This document shows positions 48,741 to 62,956 of a stretch of DNA of 64,000 nucleotides, in pieces. Each line of letters starts with the position of its first letter. Positions within the stretch are counted from its first letter, which is position 1. The stretch spans positions 34,292,401 through 34,356,400 of the forward strand of contig CM120641.1 in assembly GCA_051362555.1 (NCBI GenBank). Reading direction: 5' to 3'. Both the position numbers and the translations under genes were made by a program. The notes beneath the pieces are model-generated. The model was not told where the DNA came from, did no database searches, and worked only from the letters and a program-made list of their open reading frames with translations. The DNA comes from Lingula anatina. Its lineage: Eukaryota > Animalia > Brachiopoda.

Positions 48741-49947
48741 TTAGACAGGCCCCTCATTACACACCTGTGCTGTCTTCTCAGACAGAAAAAATGTTTAACT
48801 TTAAACAATTGAAAAAAAAAAAGAAAACTGCAAAGTAGTGAAAATACATTCTCACTGGACCAGAATACTGTTATTTACAAGATTATACAACTGCTTATAA
48901 TGGACACATGTAAAATTTAGTCTTATCATTTTGGTGTATTTGGCTTTTTCACACAGCTTAAATGTCTTGGGTTACTGTTAGATGGTACAAAGAGCTCCTA
49001 CAATTTTCACATTCACATCATGGACATTCATAATTTGTTTATGTTCACATCGATCCATTTACGGATAATTTGCAAACAAAGTTTATTTAATTTTAAACAA
49101 GAATGTGAAACCAGCAAGTATAATTTATAGATTTTTCATCAAAGATTTACTTCGAAATTGAAATCATATTTATAAATAAACTAATCCACTTTAGATAAAC
49201 CCCAAATATGAAGTAAAATGTGAGGGATGGCATGAGAAAGACATATTTGAATGATACAGTCACAAAATTACTCTTTAAATCATCAAAACTAGAATTAATA
49301 TTTTTTTTTTTTGCACAATCTTTGTACTACAGGTATGGACTCTGATTTGAAATTTCATAATAATGTTGACAAAACAAGTCTCAATGCTCACTTTTGAATA
49401 TGGTTTTATTAATCAAATAATTTATTGTGCCAGACATGTAATTGTGACCGACGTAAAATGTAAGCAAAATTGTCATAAATCAGTAAAACATATTGCCTTA
49501 AACAAAGGTAACATACACCACATGCTGTAAAAGGATAAATTTTGATGGTAGATATTAATCGGTCAGAGGATCCCAGATTCAAGCCAAATCCAATGTACCT
49601 CCAGTGGTGGTGAAAGTACCTGTAATCTTTTTCCTGTATTGTTCATGTTATAACCAAATTAGGAGGCTATGAAATAAAACTGCCAGGGTTGGTTCTATAC
49701 ATTAACACAATAAGATTAAGCCTCTAAATGGCATCAACATCTTGTCTACAACACTGCAATGTCAAAAAAAAATTCCACTTCCCTTTTTACACCTAATATA
49801 GGTAATATAATAGTTCTCATAAAACTGAGAAGGAATATTCTTTGACCTCAAGGTCCCATCATATTGTAACAAGGCAATGCTATTGCACTGAAGTGTGCTG
49901 TAAATTTTGCTATAAATAGATACACTGTGATATAAGAGGAAATTAAG

Positions 49948-49979
<32 letters not shown>

Positions 49980-50529
49980 CACAGAGAGAGAGAGAGAGAG
50001 AGAGAGTTAGAGTTGACTGCAGAAAGATGTAGAATCACTTCACAGATCCCAAGTTACATAGTTACCTGCTCATAAAGACAAGGGAAATCACACTTTCCCT
50101 AAACAGTTATACTCCTATGTACAAATTATCAGACATTTGCATACAAAAATCAAAGCCAATGTATTTGTGAATTGTAATTACCTTACTGGGACTTGCAGTG
50201 ATTTTGGAAGACTTCATAATTTCTTTGCAGAAAACATCATTACTACACAAGAAAGCTGACAAATATACAATCAACACACAAGTAGAGGTGCATGACCCAT
50301 GAGAACTAGGAGCCCATTGGGTATGTACCACCAGCCACAATATTGCCTTTTAAGTGGTTCAACTACCAAATTGTAAAATTATCTATACTTTTTAAAGAAA
50401 GCATAAAAATACTGATAATAATAAAAATAAATAGTGCTGCATACAAATATCAATGTATTTCAATAGACCATTTCAAACCTCAATAAAGCCAAACATAACA
50501 TTCACCTGCATCATTTCACCACCTTCTAA

Positions 50530-50744
50530 GGGTGTATTCCCATAGATTTTAGATCGATCTATCCGCATGGGGAGTCTCACTAGATTACTGTCAGATAATC
50601 CGGCTTAAATGTCCGTCCCGCCTACTACAAGCTGTAAGGGGGTAATTAACTTTCGTGCCCGCTCGGCTGACAGCTATTTAGCGTGAACCCCCAGGGAGTT
50701 AGGTTGATCTAGTTTGGATCGATCTAATCTCTGGGAATGGGGTC
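50530..50744. mobile_element. PIF/Harbinger (Tourist-like) MITE downstream of the NDST stop codon
   Basis: Imperfect TIR containing ATTCCCA(T/G)AGATT…AGATCGATC; TAA on both flanks. A related fragment lies at ~21537-21570. Confidence 0.65.
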
Positions 50745-52664
50745 TAAGTTAGGCACAAGTCAAGTTAACATATGTGGGACAATTAACAACTTAAACTTTA
50801 CACAAGCACATACTGTTGCTATTACTGTAGAATTAACTATAGCCTTAGTTATGGAAACACCAATCCCAAAGGAATCCAGTTCACCACTATGACCTTGAGA
50901 AGTAGATGAATTTTCCAAACCTGGGCCCCATCTCACATCAGAACTTAAATACCAGTCTTTGACAAAGACTGACACAAATCTGAGGCAACCTATTTCTCAA
51001 AAGGTAAGCCTAATATCTGGCAGTGTTCAGAATATAACAAAAAAGTATAACTTTTAAAACCATACTCTTGATCATGTCCACGTTCAAACTTGTATTGTTA
51101 CAGCCCCATATGTAATTCCCCATGGTGCTTTGAGAAAAACTGTGACACTGGTTTAAAGAAACTGTGGTAATAAGATCTGTGTGGTGTTATAGTTTTGGCC
51201 CCAACACTTATACAAGTAGGCAATTGCTATATGCCAGTGTGACTAAGATTAACAAGATGTTGTAGATTACAGTATACAGGCATTTACCAAACCCGAGATC
51301 TAACAGAACCTGTTTTGAAAATGCATTGTTTACGTGGCCTTTATTAAATGTGAGGTGGCTGCTACTGTTTTTGTGATCGTCAAGTGGAATGTGTGCACAT
51401 AACAGTGCCCACACATAAAACTGTGTATCTCTGATGTCTTATCCCTCCCCCCTCCCTCACACACACACACACACACACCCACTTACTAAATATATTGTCT
51501 GGAATCTAAATAAAAATTGATTAAAAAATCATATAACTATATACACACAAATGCATTACAAAACTGGCCAATATTCAAATTTCACCCTTAAAAGAAGGTC
51601 AAGTAAAAAACAAGTCAAGGAAAATTCCATGACTGGCTTATCACTTTCAATTCAATTTTAAGAGTAATGGTATGCCATTCTTTGTGATAATAAAGATATT
51701 CCCCCCTAAAACTTAAAATATACACCTGTGTCATTGGAATTTTTAAATAGCAACTCCAAAAAAGATACAGATATCACAAAATGTGGACCATTAACTTTTA
51801 ATGTGTGTTCATCTCTGAAAATGCACCAACTGACCCTTAAAACCATTACAGCCACTATAAATCACAATGACTGTTGTTTCAGAATTCCAAGTGGAGACCA
51901 TATTTGACTTCTCTTAATATGCCAGTTTTACTATACACTAGTGAACATAGCCTGTATCCTTTCAAATTACCTAGATATACAGGTTCTAATATTGGCAAAA
52001 TGCAAATATGCATCTTAACATCTTCAAAGCATGTAAGTTCAGTACCATTTCATGAAATAACAAAAATTAAGGATGAAGGTTGCAATTGGCTTGGGTTTTT
52101 CTAGGACTCAAACATAATTCCCTACACCTCCCTAAAAGTGAGATACTGAGAATTTTGCTAGGCATAATTGGATACAGATCTAAGTCATTGCACTAATGTT
52201 TGGGAAAAATCCCTTTAGGATCAACCACAGTCATTCACCTTTTTTAAATGAAATTTTTCAGAGTCACTGCAATCACAAAAATCAGACTTGGACATAGATG
52301 GTGGCTTAGACGAAGTGGGACTGTGCAAAATCCATAGTGCCACCAAACTTCAAGATGGTGGCACAACTAAAAACATACAACTGTAGATTTACACTCCCTT
52401 GTTTTCTGTTTGTTTATGTTTGTGTATTCATGATCGCTGTTCCTAGGTGAAACCTACTTCTGCATAATGTCCCTTTTGTCATAATATCATATCATATATA
52501 TTTTCTCGCTTCTTGATACCTTTCCTACAAACTTCCAAATACCTGTCATACAAAACTGAGGCAACAGTCCCACTGTCTAACATGCCAGTGCTTGTGCTGC
52601 CCTCTATATTTATAACCAGTAACCATACAATTCTTGACACCATATTAGACTAGTAACCATATAG

Positions 52665-55600
52665 TTATTCAAAGTTTCGTAAGTCTTCCTCTAGCCAGCT
52701 AGGAGTCTCTAAACCAAGCCTGTGAAGCATTTTGGACAATGCTACATTATGTCTTTTATAATACTGCTGCAAAAATTTTTCAGATTCAGAGTCCATGGGA
52801 GGGTACTTTCTCCCTTTGCTCCTCCCCAGGCATTTGGTGTGATCCCCATTAACAACCTGACAGTAAAAACCCTTCTTTGAATCATATCTGCAAAGAAAAT
52901 GAAACAAAATAATATATATATTTACATGACTTTGATTTTGCTTAGCATTCTTGTACTAAATAAAGGTTAAGATCTTTTCCCCCCTGACTTCATATGGACT
53001 GTGTGTATGTGTGTGCATGCATGCCTGCATGGAAGTGATATAAATGTTGGATTAAGTAGGTAGATAAACAAAATGTACACTTACTGGGTATATCACACAC
53101 TAGAAAGATAGACACCAATTTCTAGCAGTATTGCTTAGTTTCATAAATTGTTTCACTATCTTTCATGTTTAAAATCATATGGTTGTTTCAAGATAATTAT
53201 ACATATATATTATATTATCCATTTACATGTTCACACACATCTTCCCTAATGGCCTCCTTACAAATTCCACCTCATTTTACACTATTACTTACTTCTGGAT
53301 TATGTCTCACCTTAAATGCATTGAGTAATCAAAATACGGTTCTATATGCAAGAACCTCTGGACTTTATGCATGATTATCACAGGGTTGGTCTTCAGCAGT
53401 TCACCATCCAGAATAAGTAACTACAGAATGAAACAAAACAGATCAACTTCTGATAGGTTTCACAATAACAGCTCTTTAGAAATTTTGAAAAAAAGAAAAA
53501 AAGGAAATATTCATAGCATAAAAAGATAAACATGGACAAGCTGATGAGTTATAGAATGCTACTATGAAGTTTAAGCAATGATATCGAATCCACTTCTGAA
53601 ATTCAATATATGTTGCCTTTCAAACAAAATCCACATCAAATGATTAACTGAATTCTAAGTAAATAAATAAATATATATATATAAATAAATAAAATTATTA
53701 ATTATTTTTTTAAGAAAGACACTTATTAAACTTTGTATGATCTTCACTGGGAAATTAACTTGATTTAAATAAAGAAAAGCTGTGTTACCTGATTAACATT
53801 ATAATACTGCAGCCACCTATCGATATGTTGTGCATACATCCCTGGGACCAGACATCTGTTGCGTTGGTCGCGTAAAGCCTTGGGGGCATCATCTTTGGCT
53901 GTCACAACCTCGTAGAATGAGTATCTTAATGCTGTGCTGTCATTGTGGGCTCGCATATGCTGAACAGAAAGGAAACTTTTAATTTTACACATAGGGCATA
54001 AATTACATCTCACTGCACTGCTTACACTTCTTCGGAAGCTGCAATTTGCATTCATCTTACCTTATTGTACTACGACAGCACAGTTCTTGCACAGTACATA
54101 TTTTTCAGCCAGATGGCAAGAAGTAAGTCAATCTTGGAAGATTAATAATATCTTTGGATATTGATCTGATTATAAACTGTTAATAGTAACATATGCAAGA
54201 TAAAAACTGCACCTTACCTGATACCAGGAATAGGCCCTTTTTACTGGGCTGATGAGTATACAGATCAGCTTGGACTTTGGTAATAAAGCATGTGCCCGCA
54301 TGGGGACACGTTCTTTATCAAAATAACTGGCACTCTTTTCAAAAAGGTAATTCTGAGATATATTTGTGCCTGGGACTGGTGGAGGGAAGAACTGCATATA
54401 CCTGAAAGACAGAAGTTTAAATCATTCAAACAACAGTGAAACAGTCTGCTATCTTAACACTGGTGCAATGCCAAATCCCAGTAAAACTGGACCAGTAAAA
54501 TTTTGTAAATTTGCTCAGTTAGAGGCCATTGTTTCTGCTTTGGATTATTAGATTCTTGGACCTTGCTGACCTAAAAAGACAGTAGGCTAAAGAGTTTTCG
54601 GCACAGGGCTAATACCCAATAAAAGTATCACTCTATGTAGATCGATCCAACTCATTGTCACTGAATGCAATCAGATTAATATGCCTCCTCTTATATCCAA
54701 AGTACTTGTGTAATCACCAGCATATCTGTATTCTACTCACTGCCAGGAGGAGGCAAGGCAAAATCTTTTTATATAGGCCAGTCATGATTCTCTTACCAGT
54801 CTAGTCCCTTGTAATAATTGTTTCCACTGAAAAACTGAACCTCCTCGAATGTTTCTGGGCTCCAAGCATTGCTGGTAATGGCAGGATGCATAGACAGGAA
54901 AGAATAAAGGGCGGTAGTACCTGGAAAAATACCGGGAAATGTTAAAGTACACAGGTGTCTTGACAATAATTGCAAGTTTAAGGCAACTGTCCATCAGGGC
55001 TCTGTAACTCGAAAGCATCGCATATTGCGAATAGCAATATCACTTAGGCTAAAATGTATTACATGGCACGAGTATGGGCGAGTTATGGAATCGAGACGCT
55101 TGCGCTTGATCGCCTTGCGCGATGCTTTTGAGTTACGGGGCCCAGAATTTGGAAATTAAACCTTCTTGTTTTTTAAGTCTATGCTGATCCAATCCAGACC
55201 ACAAATATCTGATCAAATCTCATGAACTATCCAGCAAATTATGTAACTGAATGAAGAAGCTTTAATCAAGTACACAGAATTGTGAGTTTCTTTAATTTAA
55301 ATGACACTGTGATCACTGATGTATCCAATATAAAGGCACAGCAGCCAAGTCCCATTTCATGTAAAGGTCAAGTGTAAAGCCTGGAATGATCTGCTAATGA
55401 ATAACTGTTTAAACTGATTAGTGACCTGTAGAATAGTCAGTTCATCAATAATTCAGGACGGAAATGGTGGTAAAACATTAGTTTCCAATGTAATCTAGAC
55501 CAGTGCAGATAGTTTGTGTAGCTTTTTCCAAAACTTTTGTTTTACTAAACATGCATGTGCTAAGATTTATAAACATTTTCCACTCAATCTTAATGTAAAA

Positions 55601-57743
55601 GTAGGTATACAGGGGAGGTAACTACACATGGACAGCTATAATTTACAAAAATATTACCTGTTTTTTGTGGACCAATAACTAAAAACCTTGGCAAGCGATC
55701 GCAAGTCTTGTTCTTAAACCAGATTTCTCTGTGACGTGGATCCTCACAAGGATTCTGAAAGAATGTACAGTAAACTAGAAAGGGCATATCCTTTGAAACA
55801 CTTATGAGAGAGACATGGATGAACAAAAAAAAAAAAAAAGGTCACCACTAAAACTGCCTCCAAAAACTTTAACAGGGTTAATAATAAATCATCAAATAAA
55901 GTGCCTAACTTTTCCTTATCTATACTATTAAAGTACACAAATCCTATATCAGCTGTCCAAAGGGAGAGAGCCCTAGAGATTCCCATTTAAGTCCTTCCAT
56001 TTACAAAATTCCCTTTTCAAAATTTCAAGCGTTCATACCTGCCAGAAAGGATCCGCCTCCTCAGGATACATACTGAAGTATTTATCAGCAAGCACAGTAG
56101 GCGGGGCACTGAGAAGCTTGAGATTGGTCCAACACTGCACAAACTTAAACACGCTCTCAAAGGTGTAAAGGGCCAGGCGGTCACTGCCATAATTGGACAT
56201 ATGAGTCATAAATATATTGATCTGAAAAGATGTAGAGCAAATGCTGTTCAGTAAAATATTAGATAATGATGATAACTGGACAGTAAAGCTGTACGGTGAG
56301 AAAAATTCATTGAAAAAATTTCATTGCCATTGCTTGCATAAACTAATGTTACAGTATTAGTAGAAAACAGGCGCGTGCATAATTTATTTCTATATACTTG
56401 TTTTGTTTACTAGTATGATGATAGTATACAATAAATGCTGTGAGCAGTTGACTCGGCATTAAGATCCCACCTAGTTTAAGATTATGAAATACTTGATATA
56501 TGTGTGCAATGATGATACTATCTATGGAAATTCCCATTGTGTAACATACATTTCTGGATTGTTATTGTTTCAATGTATTGCATGTATTTTAGTTAGGTCA
56601 TAGCCTGTATTTATACTGCCCTGGGACCAATTATTAATAATACAATTAAAATAATGAACGGGTACAATCAGGTAAAAGGTTGACAAATTTGTCACCTTCA
56701 TGAAAAAATAATTTTTTAGAAAAATCATTTTAAACTGAACAATGGCCAAAGAACATATAATTTCGCCTAAAATTGATTAGGTTCACACATCAAATAATTT
56801 ACTTTTTCATGAAACATAAGAGTGAAGAAAAAGTTGCCAGGTTGATCCAGTAAGTGCCCACACTTACTGGATTAATGACGATTGTCTGGAAAAGGTCCCC
56901 TCCCCTGATGCTGTTTTCAAGCCTCTGTCTGCCACCAGGGTACTGGTTCAGAAACAACGTGTGCGTAAATAACCCACAGGTTTGGCGTGGTAGAACCTGA
57001 AAGATGATGTGAAAATATAATATTCTGATTACATGAAATAATGTAGTTCACCTTTCTAGAAATTTGTATGTCCCTGTAAACACAGCAACACTGGGCCAAT
57101 TTTGCCATGTTTACTCAGGTGAACCTCATGAATTGAACCTAATAAATTGCAAATAATCAATACAATGCCCACCTTCCTATTGCATATTATACTTGCTGTT
57201 TGACTCTCTACTGAGGAATAAATGTGACAAAGGTAATTTCATGGTCTGTCTAACTGTCCATTAATATCATCAGCAACTTCATATATATGCTGTCAAAACA
57301 CAAAGTCTTGCCTTGATTCCCCTGTGTATGAATCCCCTCCTGTGCCTGGCTGGCTTAAGATGAGGGTACTCCTCTGTGCTGGTCACCTTGATGTTCCAGA
57401 TTTTCTTCCAGGCCTCATACAGCTGCTCGTGGATGGGGTACACGCCAGAGTGGTGTGGAGCTATGGCATAATTCCACTCAACTGGAATACCTCGCTCCTA
57501 TAATGAATGAACTTGAATGCCAAAATCTAAAAGTATATGTTCTATCAATGCCTATGTGTGTTTTTTTTTTCAACAATTAATCTTAAATTTATCCAAAAGT
57601 AAATTTAAATATCTAATGAGTATCAAAAGATGTTAAAATTTGCTTCTTTTAATGTCTATGATAAGAATATCATACCGCAACACATACAAATTAATGCTGA
57701 GAAATAAGCTTCAATGGCATTTTTTAAAATTGTTAAATAAAAG

Positions 57744-57813
<70 letters not shown>

Positions 57814-59225
57814 CCCATGGCACCATCAGTAGAAAAAGTTGAAAAATTTATACACTTCTTGTCGATGACAGAAAAAAATTAGTGGTTACTTAAAACCTTT
57901 ATTCAAATTTTCATCAAAAAACTTGCGTGTGCTTCCGAAAGCCTTTACAGATGTACTGGTAGGAACAGTCATCAATAAAATCTCCACTTTTCAGGTCACA
58001 AAAGTAACACTGAAGGCAATAAGACAACTGCAATAGCCAAATCATCAATATCTTTGTCCCATGGGACACTGCAAGTGGAGTTCAAACATGGGACTGTACT
58101 TAGGGTTACAAAAGACTCTTTCCCAGACTTATTCCTAATGGACCTCTCTCTGCTGGACTTATAAATATGAACTTAAATTTTGTGTCTACTGGTGATTACA
58201 GTGACTTGCCTGTAGTCATCGGGTTTTTCATTCATTATTGGCAGAAATCTGAGTTTCATTAGTGTTTCTGCAAAGATGAAATCTACAAAGGGTTGTAAAC
58301 TACTGGGAAACACAACCTTTTCCAGAGAAATTTCAGTTAACAAACTTCATCAAAATTGACATCTGGTTCAAATTGACATCTTACAGGCTCAGTGTGCATG
58401 CCAATCAATATTTTTTTCTAGCTCCAAGTTGGTGTTGCACAGCACTGTGGTTTGCAAAAAGTAGTTGAGATAACAAGCTTTAAAATGGCTGGTCATCTAC
58501 TTCCCAGCCCATATTAAGTGGACAACCCTGGTCCTCATAAATGAATGAGCATTTTCAGTAAGTAACTTGAATGACATTTATATCGAGTAAAAATCACCTG
58601 AAGGTTGATCAAATTCCATGCCAACAGTTCAAATAAAATGTCCACTTTGAAAGCTACATGTACATCAGCGCATGCTTCATGGCATTTCTGATCATACTTT
58701 TATTGTCATTAGTAACAAAATCTCATATCAAAATGCACTTTCTAGCTATAACTTGTTAATCCTAACTTCTACACAAAAAACATCTAAATTTCAAAAACAT
58801 GCAACAAGATAATACCTTTTTGTTATGTCAAGCCAAGGCATGCTCTGGTGAGAACTTCAATTCCAGTGGTCAAGCTCAATCTGAACTGCCTATATGCAGG
58901 CTACTAGTAATAAGTGCATTCTGGTTTTGTATTGCATCTTCTTGTGTCATGTTGTGTTGTGTTATATGCAGTTATTTCAGTGAGAAGTGATAATGATCTT
59001 AATACTTTACCTTGTGAAAAAATCCATTCTGGGGACATTCTGATCAGATACATTCTACTCCCAACTACCCTTTTTTACTCTTAATTACAGGACCATTCAA
59101 GAGCATTTAGGACTAATAGAGTACAAACCAGATATTAAGGCTGACATGTATACAGACATTTAACATTCTATAAATTTGATAAACTGTCCTACAGGCAAAA
59201 AAAAAAAAAAAAAGAAAAAAAAATT

Positions 59226-59271
<46 letters not shown>

Positions 59272-62200
59272 GATCTAAACACCCTATCCAAAATCACTGG
59301 ATAAAACTTGTGTAAATAAAGCTGGTCCCGCTACTGGTGTATTGGCAAATAATGTTATCAATTTAAGATTGCAAATCAATATATTTTGCCTTACTAAATA
59401 GTGTGTGTTGCATTGTAATGTCTAATGAAAATTCAATTGTGTTCATGTAATGGGGCACTGTATGAATGTGAACTGCCATATGAGATGCTTAAATCAATGT
59501 TTTCTTTTAAAGCTGCCAGACAGACTTTATAATGGAAACAAACACCAGCTGACTTCTTGAATATTTGGTCACTTCAAAAGTTCAGTTCAGAAATATGGGT
59601 GCTTGGTATTTACAAACTGCAATCCAAAACATGCATGTGTGCAAAGACTAGAATGTCTCTCTCAATTTCAGAAACTGGAGGAAAAATAGCCAAAGTATTC
59701 TTCTAAAAAAAAAACCTTTAAAATGTTTTATCAGAGCACTTAAATGCATAGTGCTATCTTGGACCAATCAATAACCACAGGCAAAAACCAAGCGCAATAC
59801 CATGTAATGTGATAAACACCCCCTATCACACACACACACACACCATTTGTTTGAAGGGAAAATTAAAAGCAGGGGCAATATTAAATTTCTATGGGATTTC
59901 TATGAAAGTGGTTATGCATAAATGTGTCATGCACACCTGCACCTCATGGTGGTTAAGTGATAATGGAACTCTAGCTCTACTCTTTCTCCTCATTTTTTTT
60001 CAATAATTTCAATCACACCGAAAGATGCATTAACTACCAACAAATCCATAAAAAAATGACTTTTGAAAAAGTAGTCTCAACAGGATCATTTTCTAACTCG
60101 CCTTGCTTGAACCAAAAAGACTGTATCTTTCAGACAGTCTAACATAAAAAAGATATCCCTTTTCCTTTGTGTGTGTGTGTGTGTGCGCGTGAGTTCTACA
60201 AACTTTCACTTTCATTTTCCCCATAATGCTTGTTCTTTGTTAATTGCAAGCTGAATATTAACTGAAGCCACTTCCTGTGATACTACCTGTGCAAACTGCT
60301 TGTTGAAGATCATTTCATTCTCTAGTGTCGACTCATTCAACAGGTGTGGCTGTGAGTGACTCCACATATGACCAAACCACCAAAATTCATGTCTGTAAGC
60401 TGATGAGGAAATGAAAGAAATCAAATATTTGGGTGTACATAAAATGTAGTGAGAGGGACTGATGTCGTTTTAGTCCACTTTCTTGCCCCATGTTGCAGTT
60501 GTGTGCAATCAGTGACAATGTTCCTGCTGCCTCTACTGTGACTGGTGAGCTCCCTTCTGCAGCTGCTACCAAAATCCTAGGCATCATCCTTAGTTGGAAA
60601 GGGAATATGTTAGCCTTACTTACCTCCCCACATCTCCTTGTGGTAGGTCTAATTAGTCAGAGTTAAAGAAAACAAGTACAACAGTTAAAGCATTACCCTT
60701 TACCAGAGTTCCATCTGATCCAGTTGCTTCTAGAAACTTACCACCCACCAGGACCTGTGCTTGCATTCTGTGTTGACAGTGATAGCAAAGGTCTGAAGGA
60801 ATCAGACTAAAATAGCTGTTGCTCATCAGGAGAACTGACTATTAAACACTTTCTCACTTAGTTTCATGCTTATTTCGAGACTGGATGTCTTTTTAAAAGT
60901 TGTAAGCTTAAAGCCAGTTTTTGTCATTTATTGAAAAAAAATTAATGAGATATCACTGTTAACACAAAATTTTAGCACGTGTCACAGCAAACACACATCA
61001 CCAATCATTGGCACCCTTGTTGTCATCATGTGTTCACGATCATCAACATCACCATCATTGCCATTGTCCTACCAAATTACCTGAGCAAACTTGCAATTTT
61101 TGGCCATGTCTGCTTCAAGGTGGGACTGATTGCTATACTTATGCGGCTGTGTGTGCTGCCACATGTGATCAAACCACCAAAACTTAGACTTGTGCTCTGG
61201 AAGACAAATACCCACATAGATTGCCAGTGAATTTGTGGGACACACATATATATTCCTTCCATAAATCTAGTAGTCAATGCAAGGGTCGACTATGCATTTT
61301 GCACTTTGTACTTTTGCACTTTTTATTTTAGTTCAAAACAATGAAAAAACCCAGTTGGCTGGGCTGTTTAAATCTGAAAGAATTTTATGTGATATAAACT
61401 TTCTGGGACTGTGGCATGTTTAACATTGTATTACTACTTGTCGCTGATTTTATCTACAACTGGATGACTTGAGTGCCTTAAAACCAGTACTCATGGTATG
61501 CCTGTAATGCAAAATATTACAATACTATGCTTAAAAAAAGTCCTTTAAAGTAATTTCCAATTGTGATACGTTATCAAAATAAGACAAACATTCCATGATT
61601 TGCAGTAATTTAATTTTGATAATTGAAAGCATTTCTCAAAAATCTTGTACTGCAGGTTAAGCACTGGCAAAATGCAGTTCTGTATAGTGTATGTCCAGAC
61701 ATGCTGAAACTGTCGGTCCGATCGGTCACGACTGGCAAAATTTGTCTGGACTGGTAAAAAAATTGGACTTGGTCGGTCCAAAGGACCGATAAGAGTTTAA
61801 AGAGTTGCAATTTTGAATTTACAGTCATCATTCGACATACTTCGCTAATAAAATGATATAAAACCCAAAGCATTTTTCCCTTCCATTTCAAACCTATCAC
61901 ATTCACAAACAAAGTAAGCTACCCTAATCGTACTGGTAGTATCTGTCTCAAATGAATAGGGTGATTTTTGGTCCAACAAAAATCCATTCGGTCCGACAAA
62001 TTTTTCATTACTGCCGATCCAAATGTCCGGCCATTCTGAAAAGTTTTCAGCATGTCTGTACGCCTTATTCACAATAATAATGAATGTGTTTAGGCATTTT
62101 TGTGATTCAGATACAGTATTACATAACAAAAACAGATGTCTCTGTCCTTTTAAGTAATAAACTTTTTCTTCACTAAATTCAATTTTGTCATAATTTTTTG

Positions 62201-62896
62201 GAGAAAAAGAGGACTATATGACATCCACTGTCAATTGTGATTTGTCTTAATGGACTACTGAATGATGGACAAAATGCTACATTAAACATATTTTCCAGTA
62301 CCCCATGCAACTTCTTTGGCATGTTGCTATGATAAAAAAAAACACATTTCAAGGGTAGAAAAAAAAACTGCACACAACTGGTTGTAAAGAGTAAAATGCC
62401 ACCACATTGTCTCCCACACATTTTCCCAGACATTTAGAAAGTCACCAAGTCACGAAAGGTGGTAATTATGAATCCAACATAGTTCAAATATAAAACTTAC
62501 ATCACACATTTTTTTTATACACCTCTCTCCTTAATGTCACATTTACAGAAACATTTTATCAATTATCTTGTAAAAAAAATACATGACTGGAGGTAATGTT
62601 GAAGTCTGTTTAATAACTAGATCTGCTAAGCACCAGACTACTGACTGAAGAAATCAATAGCAAATAAACTGCAAATGTAGTTTTTATGCTTGGCGGTTTG
62701 AATATGAAGACAGTGTATTAAAAAACTTACCAAGTAGCCTGTCATCTCCAAGATCTTCCTCTGGTGTTCCATGATGGAAGTATTTAGCAGAAAACCCCAG
62801 ATTGAAATGGAAATTAGGGATCTGCTTCTGCCATCGCTCTTGGAACAGTACCATAGCCTAGATAAGTGAAGCACATTTTACTTGGATGAAAAAAAC

Positions 62897-62956
<60 letters not shown>

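Noticed and set aside
61710-62050. GGTCCGA-rich segments resembling transposon subterminal repeats
   Set aside because: Probably decayed MITE fragments, but I could not define TIRs or TSDs.
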